Shown piece by piece: positions 14,945 through 30,700 of a stretch of 64,000 nt of DNA (position 1 is the first letter of the stretch; the number at the start of each line of letters is the position of its first letter). Below the pieces are notes generated by a model. That model made no database searches. It had not been told where the DNA came from and saw nothing but the letters and a program-made list of their open reading frames with translations. Source of the DNA: the human T2T-CHM13v2.0 reference genome, Homo sapiens. The stretch is taken from NCBI RefSeq assembly GCF_009914755.1, contig NC_060927.1. One strand, given 5' to 3'. The translations under genes and the position numbers were made by a program.

Positions 14945-17900
14945 AAGTACCCAAAGCATGTATTATATACTGTACATAAAATATGAAAGTACATCAAATA
15001 TATATTTTATTCTGTACATAAAATAACAAAGTACACCAGATATATATTTTATAGTGTACATAAAATATGAAATTACCCAAACTATACATTACATACTGTA
15101 CATAAAATATGGAATTACATCAAATATATATTATATTAGGTACGTAAAATATGAAAGTACATCAAATATAGATTATATACCATACATAAAATTTAAAGGA
15201 ACCCCAAATATATATGATATACTGTACATGAAATATCAAAGTTCACAAACTGTATATTATATACTGTAGATAAAATATCAAAGTACCCAAGGTATATATT
15301 CTATGCTGTACAAAAAATATCAAAGTACCCAAAGCATGTATTATATACTGTACATAAAATATGAAAGTACATCAAATATATATTTTATTCTGTACATAAA
15401 ATAACAAAGTACACCAGACATATATTTTATAGTGTACATAAAATATCAAAGTACCCAAACTATACATTACATACTGTACATAAAATATGGAATTACATCA
15501 AATATATATTATATTAGGTACGTAAAATATGAAAGTACATCAAATATAGATTATATACCATACATAAAATATAAAGGAACCCCAAATATATATGATATAC
15601 TGTACATGAAATATCAAAGTTCACAAACTATATATTATATACTGTAGATAAAATATCAAAGTACCCAAGGTATATATTCTATACTGTAAAAAAAAATCAA
15701 AGTACCCAAAGCATGTATTATATACTGTACTTAAAATATGAAAGTACATCAAATATATATTTTATTCTGTACATAAAATAACAAAGTACACCAGATATAT
15801 ATTTTATAGTGTACATAAAATATGAAATTACCCAAACTATACATTAAATACTGTACATAAAATATGGAATTACATCAAATATATATTATATTAGGTACGT
15901 AAAATATGAAAGTACATCAAATATTGATTAGATACCATACATAAAATATAAAGGAACCCCAAATATATATGATATACTGTACATGAAATATCAAAGTTCA
16001 CAAACTGTATATTATATACTGTAGATAAAATATCAAAGTACCCATGGTATATATTCTATACTGTACAAAAAATATCAAAGTACCCAAAGCATGTATTATA
16101 TACTGTACATAAAATATGAAAGTACATCAAATATATATTTTATTCTGTACATAAAATAACAAAGTACACCAGATATATATTTTATAGTGTACATAAAATA
16201 TGAAATTACCCAAACTATACATTACATACTGTACATAAAATATGGAATTACATCAAATATATATTATATTAGGTACGTAAAATATGAAAGTACATCAAAT
16301 ATAGATTATATACCATACATAAAATATAAAGGAACCCAAAATATATATGATATTCTGTACATGAAATATCAAAGTTCACAAACTATATATTATATATTGT
16401 AGATAAAATATCAAAGTACCCAAGGTATATATTCTATACTGTAAAAAAAATATCAAAGTACCCAAAGCATGTATTATATACTGTACATAAAATATGAAAG
16501 CACATCAAATATATATTATATTAGGTACATAAAATATGAAAGTACAGAAAATATAGATGATATACTGTACATAAAATATCAAAGTAGCCCAACTATATAT
16601 TATACAGTGTACATGAAATATCAAACTTTACAAAATATATATTATATAATGTACATAAAATATCAAAGTACCCAAAGCAAGTATTATATACTGTACATAA
16701 AAGATGAATGTACATCAAATATATATTTTATTCTGTACATAAAATATCAAAGTACACCAGATATATATTTTATAGTGTACATAAAATATCAAGGAACCCA
16801 AACTATACATTATATACTGTACATAAAATATGGAATTACATCAAATATATATTATATTATGTACGTAAAATATGAAAGTACATCAAATATAGATTATATA
16901 CCATACATAAAATATAAAGGAACCCCAAATATATATGATATACTGTACATGAAATATCAAAGTTCACAAACTATATATTATATACTGTAGATAAAATATC
17001 AAAGTACCCAAGGTATATATTCTATACTGTACAAAAAATATCAAAGTACCCAAAGCATGTATTATATACTGTACATAAAATATGAAAGTACATCAAATAT
17101 ATATTTTATTCTGTACATAAAATAACAAAGTACACCAGATATATATTTTATAGTGTACATAAAATATCAAAGCACCCAAACTATACATTACATACTGTAC
17201 ATAAAATATGGAATTATATCAAATATATATTATATTATGTACGTAAAATATGAAAGCACATCAAATATAGATTATATACCATACATAAAATATAAAGGAA
17301 CCCCAAATATATATGATATACTGTACATGAAATATCAAAGTTCACAAACTATATATTATATACTGTAGATAAAATATCAAAGTACTCAAGGTATATATTG
17401 TATACTGTAAAAAAAATATGAAAGTACCCAAAGCATGTATTATATACTGTACATAAAATATGAAAGTACATCAAATATATATTTTATTCTGTACATAAAA
17501 TAACAAAGTACACCAGATATATATTTTATAGTGTACATAAAATATGAAATTACCCAAACTATACATTACATACTGTACATAAAATATGGAATTACATCAA
17601 ATATATATTATATTAGGTACGTAAAATATGAAAGTACATCAAATATAGATTATATACCATACATAAAATTTAAAGGAACCCCAAATACATATGATATACT
17701 GTACATGAAATATCAAAGTTCACAAACTGTATATTATATACTGTAGATAAAATATCAAAGTACCCAAGGTATATATTCTATGCTGTACAAAAAATATCAA
17801 AGTACCCAAAGCATGTATTATATACTGTACATAAAATATGAAAGTACATCAAATATATATTTTATTCTGTACATAAAATAACAAAGTACACCAGACATAT

Positions 17901-20900
17901 ATTTTATAGTGTACATAAAATATCAAAGTACCCAAACTATACATTACATACTGTACATAAAATATGGAATTACATCAAATATATATTATATTAGGTACGT
18001 AAAATATGAAAGTACATCAAATATAGATTATATACCATACATAAAATATAAAGGAACCCCAAATATATATGATATACTGTACATGAAATATCAAAGTTCA
18101 CAAACTATATATTATATACTGTAGATAAAATATCAAAGTACCCAAGGTATATATTCTATACTGTAAAAAAAAATCAAAGTACCCAAAGCATGTATTATAT
18201 ACTGTACTTAAAATATGAAAGTACATCAAATATATATTTTATTCTGTACATAAAATAACAAAGTACACCAGATATATATTTTATAGTGTACATAAAATAT
18301 GAAATTACCCAAACTATACATTAAATACTGTACATAAAATATGGAATTACATCAAATATATATTATATTAGGTACGTAAAATATGAAAGTACATCAAATA
18401 TAGATTAGATACCATACATAAAATATAAAGGAACCCCAAATATATATGATATACTGTACATGAAATATCAAAGTTCACAAACTGTATATTATATACTGTA
18501 GATAAAATATCAAAGTACCCATGGTATATATTCTATACTGTACAAAAAATATCAAAGTACCCAAAGCATGTATTATATACTGTACATAAAATATGAAAGT
18601 ACATCAAATATATATTTTATTCTGTACATAAAATAAAAAAGTACACCAGATATATATTTTATAGTGTACATAAAATATGAAATTACCCAAACTATACATT
18701 ACATACTGTACATAAAATATGGAATTACATCAAATATATATTATATTAGGTACGTAAAATATGAAAGTACATCAAATATAGATTATATACCATACATAAA
18801 ATATAAAGGAACCCAAAATATATATGATATTCTGTACATGAAATATCAAAGTTCACAAACTATATATTATATATTGTAGATAAAATATCAAAGTACCCAA
18901 GGTATATATTCTATACTGTAAAAAAAATATCAAAGTACCCAAAGCATGTATTATATACTGTACATAAAATATGAAAGCACATCAAATATATATTATATTA
19001 GGTACATAAAATATGAAAGTACAGAAAATATAGATGATATACTGTACATAAAATATCAAAGTAGCCCAACTATATATTATACAGTGTACATGAAATATCA
19101 AAATTTACAAAATATATATTATATAATGTACATAAAATATCAAAGTACCCAAAGCAAGTATTATATACTGTACATAAAAGATGAAAGTACATCAAATATA
19201 TATTTTATTCTGTACATAAAATATCAAAGTACACCAGATATATATTTTATAGTGTACATAAAATATCAAGGAACCCAAACTATACATTATATACTGTACA
19301 TAAAATATGGAATTACATCAAATATATATTATATTATGTACGTAAAATATGAAAGTACATCAAATATAGATTATATACCATACATAAAATATAAAGGAAC
19401 CCCAAATATATATGATATACTGTACATGAAATATCAAAGTTCACAAACTATATATTATATACTGTAGATAAAATATCAAAGTACCCAAGGTATATATTCT
19501 ATACTGTACAAAAAATATCAAAGTACCCAAAGCATGTATTATATACTGTACATAAAATATGAAAGTACATCAAATATATATTTTATTCTGTACATAAAAT
19601 AACAAAGTACACCAGATATATATTTTATAGTGTACATAAAATATCAAAGCACCCAAACTATACATTACATACTGTACATAAAATATGGAATTATATCAAA
19701 TATATATTATATTATGTACGTAAAATATGAAAGCACATCAAATATAGATTATATACCATACATAAAATATAAAGGAACCCCAAATATATATGATATACTG
19801 TACATGAAATATCAAAGTTCACAAACTATATATTATATACTGTAGATAAAATATCAAAGTACTCAAGGTATATATTCTATACTGTAAAAAAAATATGAAA
19901 GTACCCAAAGCATGTATTATATACTGTACAAAAAATATGAAAGTACATCAAATATATATTTTATTCTGTACATAAAATAACAAAGTACACCAGATATATA
20001 TTTTATAGTGTACATAAAATATGAAATTACCCAAACTATACATTACATACTGTACATAAAATATGGAATTACATCAAATATATATTATATTAGGTACGTA
20101 AAATATGAAAGTACATCAAATATAGATTATATACCATACATAAAATTTAAAGGAACCCCAAATATATATGATATACTGTACATGAAATATCAAAGTTCAC
20201 AAACTGTATATTATATACTGTAGATAAAATATCAAAGTACCCAAGGTATATATTCTATACTGTACAAAAAATATCAAAGTACCCAAAGCATGTATTATAT
20301 ACTGTACATAAAATATGAAAGTACATCAAATATATATTTTATTCTGTACATAAAATAACAAAGTACACCAGACATATATTTTATAGTGTACATAAAATAT
20401 CAAAGTACCCAAACTATACATTACATACTGTACATAAAATATGGAATTACATCAAATATATATTATATTAGGTACGTAAAATATGAAAGTACATCAAATA
20501 TAGATTATATACCATACATAAAATATAAAGGAACCCCAAATATATATGATATACAGTACATGAAATATCAAAGTTCACAAACTATATATTATATACTGTA
20601 GATAAAATATCAAAGTACCCAAGGTATATATTCTATACTGTAAAAAAAAATCAAAGTACCCAAAGCATGTATTATATACTGTACTTAAAATATGAAAGTA
20701 CATCAAATATATATTTTATTCTGTACATAAAATAACAAAGTACACCAGATATATATTTTATAGTGTACATAAAATATGAAATTACCCAAACTATACATTA
20801 AATACTGTACATAAAATATGGAATTACATCAAATATATATTATATTAGGTACGTAAAATATGAAAGTACATCAAATATAGATTAGATACCATACATAAAA

Positions 20901-21500
20901 TATAAAGGAACCCCAAATATATATGATATACTGTACATGAAATATCAAAGTTCACAAACTGTATATTATATACTGTAGATAAAATATCAAAGTACCCAAG
21001 GTATATATTCTATACTGTACAAAAAATATCAAAGTACCCAAAGCATGTATTATATACTGTACATAAAATATGAAAGTACATCAAATATATATTTTATTCT
21101 GTACATAAAATAACAAAGTACACCAGATATATATTTTATAGTGTACATAAAATATGAAATTACCCAAACTATACATTACATACTGTACATAAAATATGGA
21201 ATTACATCAAATATATATTATATTAGGTACGTAAAATATGAAAGTACATCAAATATAGATTATATACCATACATAAAATATAAAGGAACCCAAAATATAT
21301 ATGATATTCTGTACATGAAATATCAAAGTTCACAAACTATATATTATATATTGTAGATAAAATATCAAAGTACCCAAGGTATATATTCTATACTGTAAAA
21401 AAAATATCAAAGTACCCAAAGCATGTATTATATACTGTACATAAAATATGAAAGCACATCAAATATATATTATATTAGGTACATAAAATATGAAAGTACA
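14945..21500 (+). repeat. Tandem amplification, period 2477 bp (59 monomers minus 1 bp), about 2.6 copies
   Basis: ORF sets 15054/17531/20008, 15432/17909/20386, 16187/18664/21141, 16469/18946 and 17153/19630. A shared 1-bp deletion CTGTAAAAAAAAATCAA lies at ~15690, 18167 and 20644. CCATGG occurs at 16042 and 18519. Confidence 0.9.
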
Positions 21501-24500
21501 TAAAATATAGATGATATACTGTACATAAAATATCAAAGTAGCCCAAATATATATTATACAGTGTACATAAAATATCAAAATTTACAAAATATATATTATA
21601 TAATGTACATAAAATATCAAAGTACCCAAAGCAAGTATTATATACTGTACATAAAAGATGAAAGTACATCAAATATATATTTTATTCTGTACATAAAATA
21701 TCAAAGTACACCAGATATATATTTTATAGTGTACATAAAATATCAAGGTACCCAAACTATACATTATATACTGTAGATAAAATATGGAATTACATCAAAT
21801 ATATATTATATTAGGTACGTAAAATATGTAAGTACATCAAATATAGATTATATACCATACATAAAATATAAAGGAACCACAAATATATATGATATACTGT
21901 ACATGAAATATCAAAGTTCACAAACTATATATTATATACTGTAGATAAAATATCAAAGTACCCAAGGTATATATTCTATACTGTAAAAAAAATATCAAAG
22001 TACCCAAAGCATGTATTATATACTGTACATAAAATATGAAAGCACATCAAATATATATTATATTAGGTACATAAAATATGAAAGTACATAAAATATAGAT
22101 GATATACTGTACATAAAATATCAAAGTAGCCCAAAAATATATTATACAGTGTACATGAAATATCAAAATTTACAAAATATATATTATATAATGTACATAA
22201 AATATCAAAGTACCCAAAGCAAGTATTATATACTGTACATAAAAGATGAAAGTACATGAAATATATATTTTATTCTGTACATAAAATATCAAAGTACACC
22301 AGATATATATTTTATAGTGTACTTAAAATATCAAGGTACCCAAACTATACATTATATACTGTACATAAAATATGAAATTACATCAAATATATATTATATT
22401 AGGTACGTAAAATATGAAAGTACATCAAATATAGATTATATACTGTACATAATATATAAAAGAACCCCAACTATATATTATATACTGTACATGAAATATC
22501 AAAATACACAAACTATATATTATATACTGTACATAAAATATCAAAGTACCCAAGGTATATATTCTATACTGTACAAAAAATATCAAAGTACCCAAAGCAT
22601 GTATTATATACTGTACATAAAATATGAAAGTACATCAAATATATATTATATTAGGTACGTAAAATATGAAAGTACATGAAATATAGATTATGTACCATAC
22701 ATAAAATATAAAGGAACCCCAAATATATATGATATACTGTACATGAAATATCAAAGTTCACAAACTATATATTATATACTGTAGATAAAATATCAAAGTA
22801 CCCAAGGTATATATTCTATACTGTAAAAAAAATATCAAAGTACCCAAAGCATGTATTATATACTGTACATAAAATATGAAAGTACATCAAATATATATTT
22901 TATACTGTACATAAAATAACAAAGTACACCAGATATATATTTTATAGTGTACATAAAATATGAAATTACCCAAACTATACATTATATACTGTACATAAAA
23001 TATGGAATTACATCAAATATATATTATATTTAGGTACGTAAAATATGAAAGTACATCAAATATAGATTATATACCATACATAAAATATAAAGGAACCCCA
23101 AATATATATGATATACTGTACATGAAATATCAAAATACACAAACTATATATTATATACTGTACATAAAATATCAAAGTACCCAAGGTATATATTCTATAC
23201 TGTACAAAAAATACCAAAGTACCCAAAGTATGTATTATATACTGTACATAAAATATGAAAGTACATCAAATATATATTTTATTCTATACATAAAATAACA
23301 AAGTACACCAGATATATATTTTATAGTTTACATAAAATATCAAAGTACCCAAACTATACATTACATACTGTACATAAAATATGGAATTACATCAAATATA
23401 TATTATATTAGGTACGTAAAATATGAAAGTACATCAAATATAGATTATATACCATACATAAAATATAAAGGAACCCCAAATATATATGATATACTGTACA
23501 TGAAATATCAAAGTTCACAAACTATATATTATATACTGTAGATAAAATATCAAAGTACCCAAGGTATATATTCTATACTGTAAAAAAAATATCAAAGTAC
23601 CCAAAGGATTTATTATATACTGTACATAAAATATGAAAGTACATCAAATATATATTTTATTCTGTACATAAAATAACAAAGTACACCAGATATATATTTT
23701 ATAGTGTACATAAAATATGAAATTACCCAAACTATACATTACATACTGTACATAAAATATGGAATTACATCAAATATATATTATATTAGGTACGTAAAAT
23801 ATGAAAGTACATCAAATATAGATTATATACCATACATAAAATTTAAAGGAACCCCAAATATATATGATATACTGTACATGAAATATCAAAGTTCACAAAC
23901 TGTATATTATATACTGTAGATAAAATATCAAAGTACCCAAGGTATATATTCTATACTGTACAAAAAATATCAAAGTACCCAAAGCATGTATTATATACTG
24001 TACATAAAATATGAAAGTACATCAGATATATATTTTATTCTGTACATAAAATAACAAAGTACACCAGACATACATTTTATAGTGTACATAAAATATCAAA
24101 GTACCCAAACTATACATTACATACTGTACATAAAATATGGAATTACATCAAATATATATTATATTAGGTACGTAAAATATGAAAGTACATCAAATATAGA
24201 TTATATACCATACATAAAATATAAAGGAACCCCAAATATATATGATATACTGTACATGAAATATCAAAGTTCACAAACTATATATTATATACTGTAGATA
24301 AAATATCAAAGTACCCAAGGTATATATTCTATACTGTAAAAAAAAATCAAAGTACCCAAAGCATGTATTATATACTGTACTTAAAATATGAAAGTACATC
24401 AAATATATATTTTATTCTGTACATAAAATAACAAAGTACACCAGATATATATTTTATAGTGTACATAAAATATGAAATTACCCAAACTATACATTAAATA

Positions 24501-26520
24501 CTGTACATAAAATATGGAATTACATCAAATATATATTATATTAGTTACGTAAAATATGAAAGTACATCAAATATAGATTAGATACCATACATAAAATATA
24601 AAGGAACCCCAAATATATATGATATACTGTACATGAAATATCAAAGTTCACAAACTGTATATTATATACTGTAGATAAAATATCAAAGTACCCAAGGTAT
24701 ATATTCTATACTGTACAAAAAATATCAAAGTACCCAAAGCATGTATTATATACTGTACATAAAATATGAAAGTACATCAAATATATATTTTATTGTGTAC
24801 ATAAAATAACAAAGTACACCAGATATATATTTTATAGTGTACATAAAATATGAAATTACCCAAACTATACATTACATACTGTACATAAAATATGGAATTA
24901 CATCAAATATATATTATATTAGGTACGTAAAATATGAAAGTACATCAAATATAGATTATATACCATACATAAAATATAAAGGAACCCAAAATATATATGA
25001 TATTCTGTACATGAAATATCAAAGTTCACAAACTATATATTATACACTGTAGATAAAATATCAAAGTACCCAAGGTATATATTCTATACTGTAAAAAAAA
25101 TATCAAAGTACCCAAAGCATATATTATATACTGTACATAAAATATGAAAGCACATCAAATATATATTATATTAGGTACATAAAATATGAAAGTACATAAA
25201 ATATAGATGATATACTGTACATAAAATATCAAAGTAGCCCAAATATATATTATACAGTGTACATAAAATATCAAAATTTACAAAATATATATTATATAAT
25301 GTACATAAAATATCAAAGTACCCAAAGCAAGTATTATATACTGTACATAAAAGATGAAAGTACATCAAATATATATTTTATTCTGTACATAAAATATCAA
25401 AGTACACCAGATATATATTTTATAGTGTACATAAAATATCAAGGTACCCAAACTATACATTATATACTGTAGATAAAATATGGAATTACATCAAATATAT
25501 ATTATATTAGGTACGTAAAATATGTAAGTACATCAAATATAGATTATATACCATACATAAAATATAAAGGAACCCCAAATATATATGATATACTGTACAT
25601 GAAATATCAAAGTTCACAAACTATATATTATATACTGTAGATAAAATATCAAAGTACCCAAGGTATATATTCTATACTGTAAAAAAAATATCAAAGTACC
25701 CAAAGCATGTATTATATACTGTACATAAAATATGAAAGCACATCAAATATATATTATATTAGGTACATAAAATATGAAAGTACATATAATATAGATGATA
25801 TACTGTACATAAAATATCAAAGTAGCCCAAATATATATTATACAGTGTACATGAAATATCAAAATTTACAAAATATATATTATATAATGTACATAAAATA
25901 TCAAAGTACCCAAAGCAAGTATTATATACTGTACATAAAAGATGAAAGTACATCAAATATATATTTTATTCTGTACATAAAATATCAAAGTACACCAGAT
26001 ATATATTTTATAGTGTACATAAAATATCAAGGTACCCAAACTATACATTATATACTGTACATAAAATATGAAATTACATCAAATATATATTATATTAGGT
26101 ACGTAAAATATGAAAGTACATCAAATATAGATTATATACTGTACATAATATATAAAAGAACCCCAACTATATATTATATACTGTACATGAAATATCAAAA
26201 TACACAAACTATATATTATATACTGTACATAAAATATCAAAGTACCCAAGGTATATATTCTATACTGTACAAAAAATATCAAAGTACCAAAAGCATGTAT
26301 TATATACTGTACATAAAATATGAAAGTACATCAAATATATATTATATTAGGTACGTAAAATATGAAAGTACATCAAATATAGATTATGTACCATACATAA
26401 AATATAAAGGAACCCCAAATATATATGATATACTGTACATGAAATATCAAAGTTCACAAACTATATATTATATACTGTAGATAAAATATCAAAGTACCCA
26501 AGGTATATATTCTATACTGT
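19950..26520 (+). repeat. Duplication with period 3696 bp (88 monomers)
   Basis: ORF pairs 20008/23704, 20386/24082, 21141/24837, 21475/25171 and 22063/25759. GATTATGTACCATAC is shared at ~22686 and ~26382. Confidence 0.8.
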
Positions 26521-27739
26521 ACAAAAAATATCAAAGTACCCAAAGCATGTATTATATACTGTACATAAAATATGAAAGTACATCAAATATATATTTTATT
26601 CTGTACATAAAATAACAAAGTACACCAGATATATATTTTATAGTGTACATAAAATATCAAAGTACCCAAACTATACATTACATACTGTACATTAAATATG
26701 GAATTACATCAAATATATATTATATTAGGTACGTAAAATATGAAAGTACATCAAATATAGATTATATACCATACATAAAATATAAAGGAACCCCAAATAT
26801 ATATGATATACTGTACATGAAATATCAAAGTTCACAAACTATATATTATATACTGTAGATAAAATATCAAAGTACCCAAGGTATATATTCTATACTGTAC
26901 AAAAAATATCAAAGTACCCAAAGCATGTATTATATACTGTACATAAAATATGAAAGTACATCAAATATATATTTTATTCTGTACATAAAATAACAAAGTA
27001 CACCAGATATATATTTTATAGTGTACATAAAATATGAAATTACCCAAACTATACATTACATACTGTACATAAAATATGGAATTACATCAAATATATATTA
27101 TATTAGGTACGTAAAATATGAAAGTACATCAAATATAGATTAGATACCATACATAAAATTTAAAGGAACCCCAAATATATATGATATACTGTACATGAAA
27201 TATCAAAGTTCACAAACTGTATATTATATACTGTAGATAAAATATCAAAGTACCCAAGGTATATATTCTATACTGTACAAAAAATATCAAAGTACCCAAA
27301 GCATGTATTATATACTGTACATAAAATATGAAAGTACATCAAATATATATTTTATTCTGTACATAAAATAACAAAGTACACCAGACATATATTTTATAGT
27401 GTACATAAAATATCAAAGTACCCAAACTATACATTACATACTGTACATAAAATATGGAATTACATCAAATATATATTATATTAGGTACGTAAAATATGAA
27501 AGTACATCAAATATAGATTATATACCATACATAAAATATAAAGGAACCCCAAATATATATGATATACTGTACATGAAATATCAAAGTTCACAAACTATAT
27601 ATTATATACTGTAGATAAAATATCAAAGTACCCAAGGTATATATTCTATACTGTAAAAAAAATATCAAAGTACCCAAAGCATGTATTATATACTGTACTT
27701 AAAATATGAAAGTACATCAAATATATATTTTATTCTGTA

Positions 27740-30700
27740 CATAAAATAACAAAGTACACCAGATATATATTTTATAGTGTACATAAAATATGAAATTACC
27801 CAAACTATACATTACATACTGTACATAAAATATGGAATTACATCAAATATATATTATATTAGGTACGTAAAATATGAAAGTACATCAAATATAGATTAGA
27901 TACCATACATAAAATATAAAGGATCCCAAAATATATATGATATTCTGTACATGAAATATCAAAGTTCACAAACTATATATTATATACTGTAGATAAAATA
28001 TCAAAGTACCCAAGGTATATATTCTATACTGTAAAAAAAATATCAAAGTACCCAAAGCATGTATTATATACTGTACATAAAATATGAAAGCACATCAAAT
28101 ATATATTATATTAGGTACATAAAATATGAAAGTACATAAAATATAGATGATATACTGTACATAAAATATCAAAGTAGCCCAAATATATATTATACAGTGT
28201 ACATAAAATATCAAAATTTACAAAATATATATTATATAATGTACATAAAATATCAAAGTACCCAAAGCAAGTATTATATACTGTACATAAAAGATGAAAG
28301 TACATCAAATATATATTTTATTCTGTACATAAAATATCAAAGTACACCAGATATATATTTTATAGTGTACATAAAATATCAAGGTACCCAAACTATACAT
28401 TATATACTGTAGATAAAATATGGAATTACATCAAATATATATTATATTAGGTACGTAAAATATGTAAGTACATCAAATATAGATTATATACCATACATAA
28501 AATATAAAGGAACCCCAAATATATATGATATACTGTACATGAAATATCAAAGTTCACAAACTATATATTATATACTGTAGATAAAATATCAAAGTACCCA
28601 AGGTATATATTCTATACTGTAAAAAAAATATCAAAGTACCCAAAGCATGTATTATATACTGTACATAAAATATGAAAGCACATCAAATATATATTATATT
28701 AGGTACATAAAATATGAAAGTACATAAAATATAGATGATATACTGTACATAAAATATCAAAGTAGCCCAAATATATATTATACAGTGTACATGAAATATC
28801 AAAATTTACAAAATATATATTATATAATGTACATAAAATATCAAAGTACCCAAAGCAAGTATTATATACTGTACATAAAAGATGAAAGTACATCAAATAT
28901 ATATTTTATTCTGTACATAAAATATCAAAGTACACCAGATATATATTTTATAGTGTACATAAAATATCAAGGTACCCAAACTATACCTTATATACTGTAC
29001 ATAAAATATGAAATTACATCAAATATATATTATATTAGGTACGTAAAATATGAAAGTACATCAAATATAGATTATATACTGTACATAATATATAAAAGAA
29101 CCCCAACTATATATTATATACTGTACATGAAATATCAAAATACACAAACTATATATTATATACTGTACATAAAATATCAAAGTACCCAAGGTATATATTC
29201 TATACTGTACAAAAAATATCAAAGTACCCAAAGCATGTATTATATACTGTACATAAAATATGAAAGTACATCAAATATATATTTTATTCTGTACATAAAA
29301 TAACAAAGTACACCAGATATATATTTTATAGTGTACATAAAATATGAAATTACCCAAACTATACATTACATACTGTACATAAAATATGGAATTACATCAA
29401 ATATATATTATATTAGGTACGTAAAATATGAAAGTACATCAAATATAGATTATATACCATACATAAAATATAAAGGAACCCCAAATATATATGATATACT
29501 GTACATGAAATATCAAAGTTCACAAACTATATATTATATACTGTACATAAAATATCAATGTACCCAAGGTATATATTCTATAGTGTACAAAAAATATCAA
29601 AGTACCCAAAGCAAGTATTATACACTGTACATAAAATATGAAAGTACATCAAATATATATTTTATACTCTACATAAAATAACAAAGTACACCAGATATAT
29701 ATTTTATAGTGTACATAAAATATGAAATTACCCAAACTATACAATACATACTGTACATAAAATATGGAATTACATCAAATATATATTACATTAGGTACGT
29801 AAAATATGAAAGTACATCAAATATAGATTATATACCATACATAAAATATAAAGGATCCCAAAATATATATGATATTCTGTACATGAAATATCAAAGTTCA
29901 CAAACTATATATTATATACTGTAGATAAAATATCAAAGTACCCAAGGTATATATTCTATACTGTAAAAAAAATATCAAAGTACCCAAAGCATGTATTATA
30001 TACTGTACATAAAATATGAAAGCACATCAAATATATATTATATTAGGTACATAAAATATGAAAGTACATAAAATATAGATGATATACTGTACATAAAATA
30101 TCAAAGTAGCCCAAATATATATTATACAGTGTACATAAAATATCAAAATTTACAAAATATATATTATATAATGTACATAAAATATCAAAGTACCCAAAGC
30201 AAGTATTATATACTGTACATAAAAGATGAAAGTACATCAAATATATATTTTATTCTGTACATAAAATATCAAAGTACACCAGATATAGATTTTATAGCGT
30301 ACATAAAATATCAAGGTACCCAAACTATACATTATATACTGTAGATAAAATATGGAATTACATCAAATATATATTATATTAGGTACGTAAAATATGTAAG
30401 TACATCAAATATAGATTATATACCATACATAAAATATAAAGGAACCCCAAATATATTTGATATACTGTACATGAAATATCAAAGTTCACAAACTATATAT
30501 TATATACGGTAGATAAAATATCAAAGTACCCAAGGTATATATTCTATACTGTAAAAAAAATATCAAAGTACCCAAAGCATGTATTATATACTGTACATAA
30601 AATATGAAAGCACATCAAATATATATTATATTAGGTACATAAAATATGAAAGTACATAAAATATAGATGATATACTGTACATAAAATATCAAAGTAGCCC

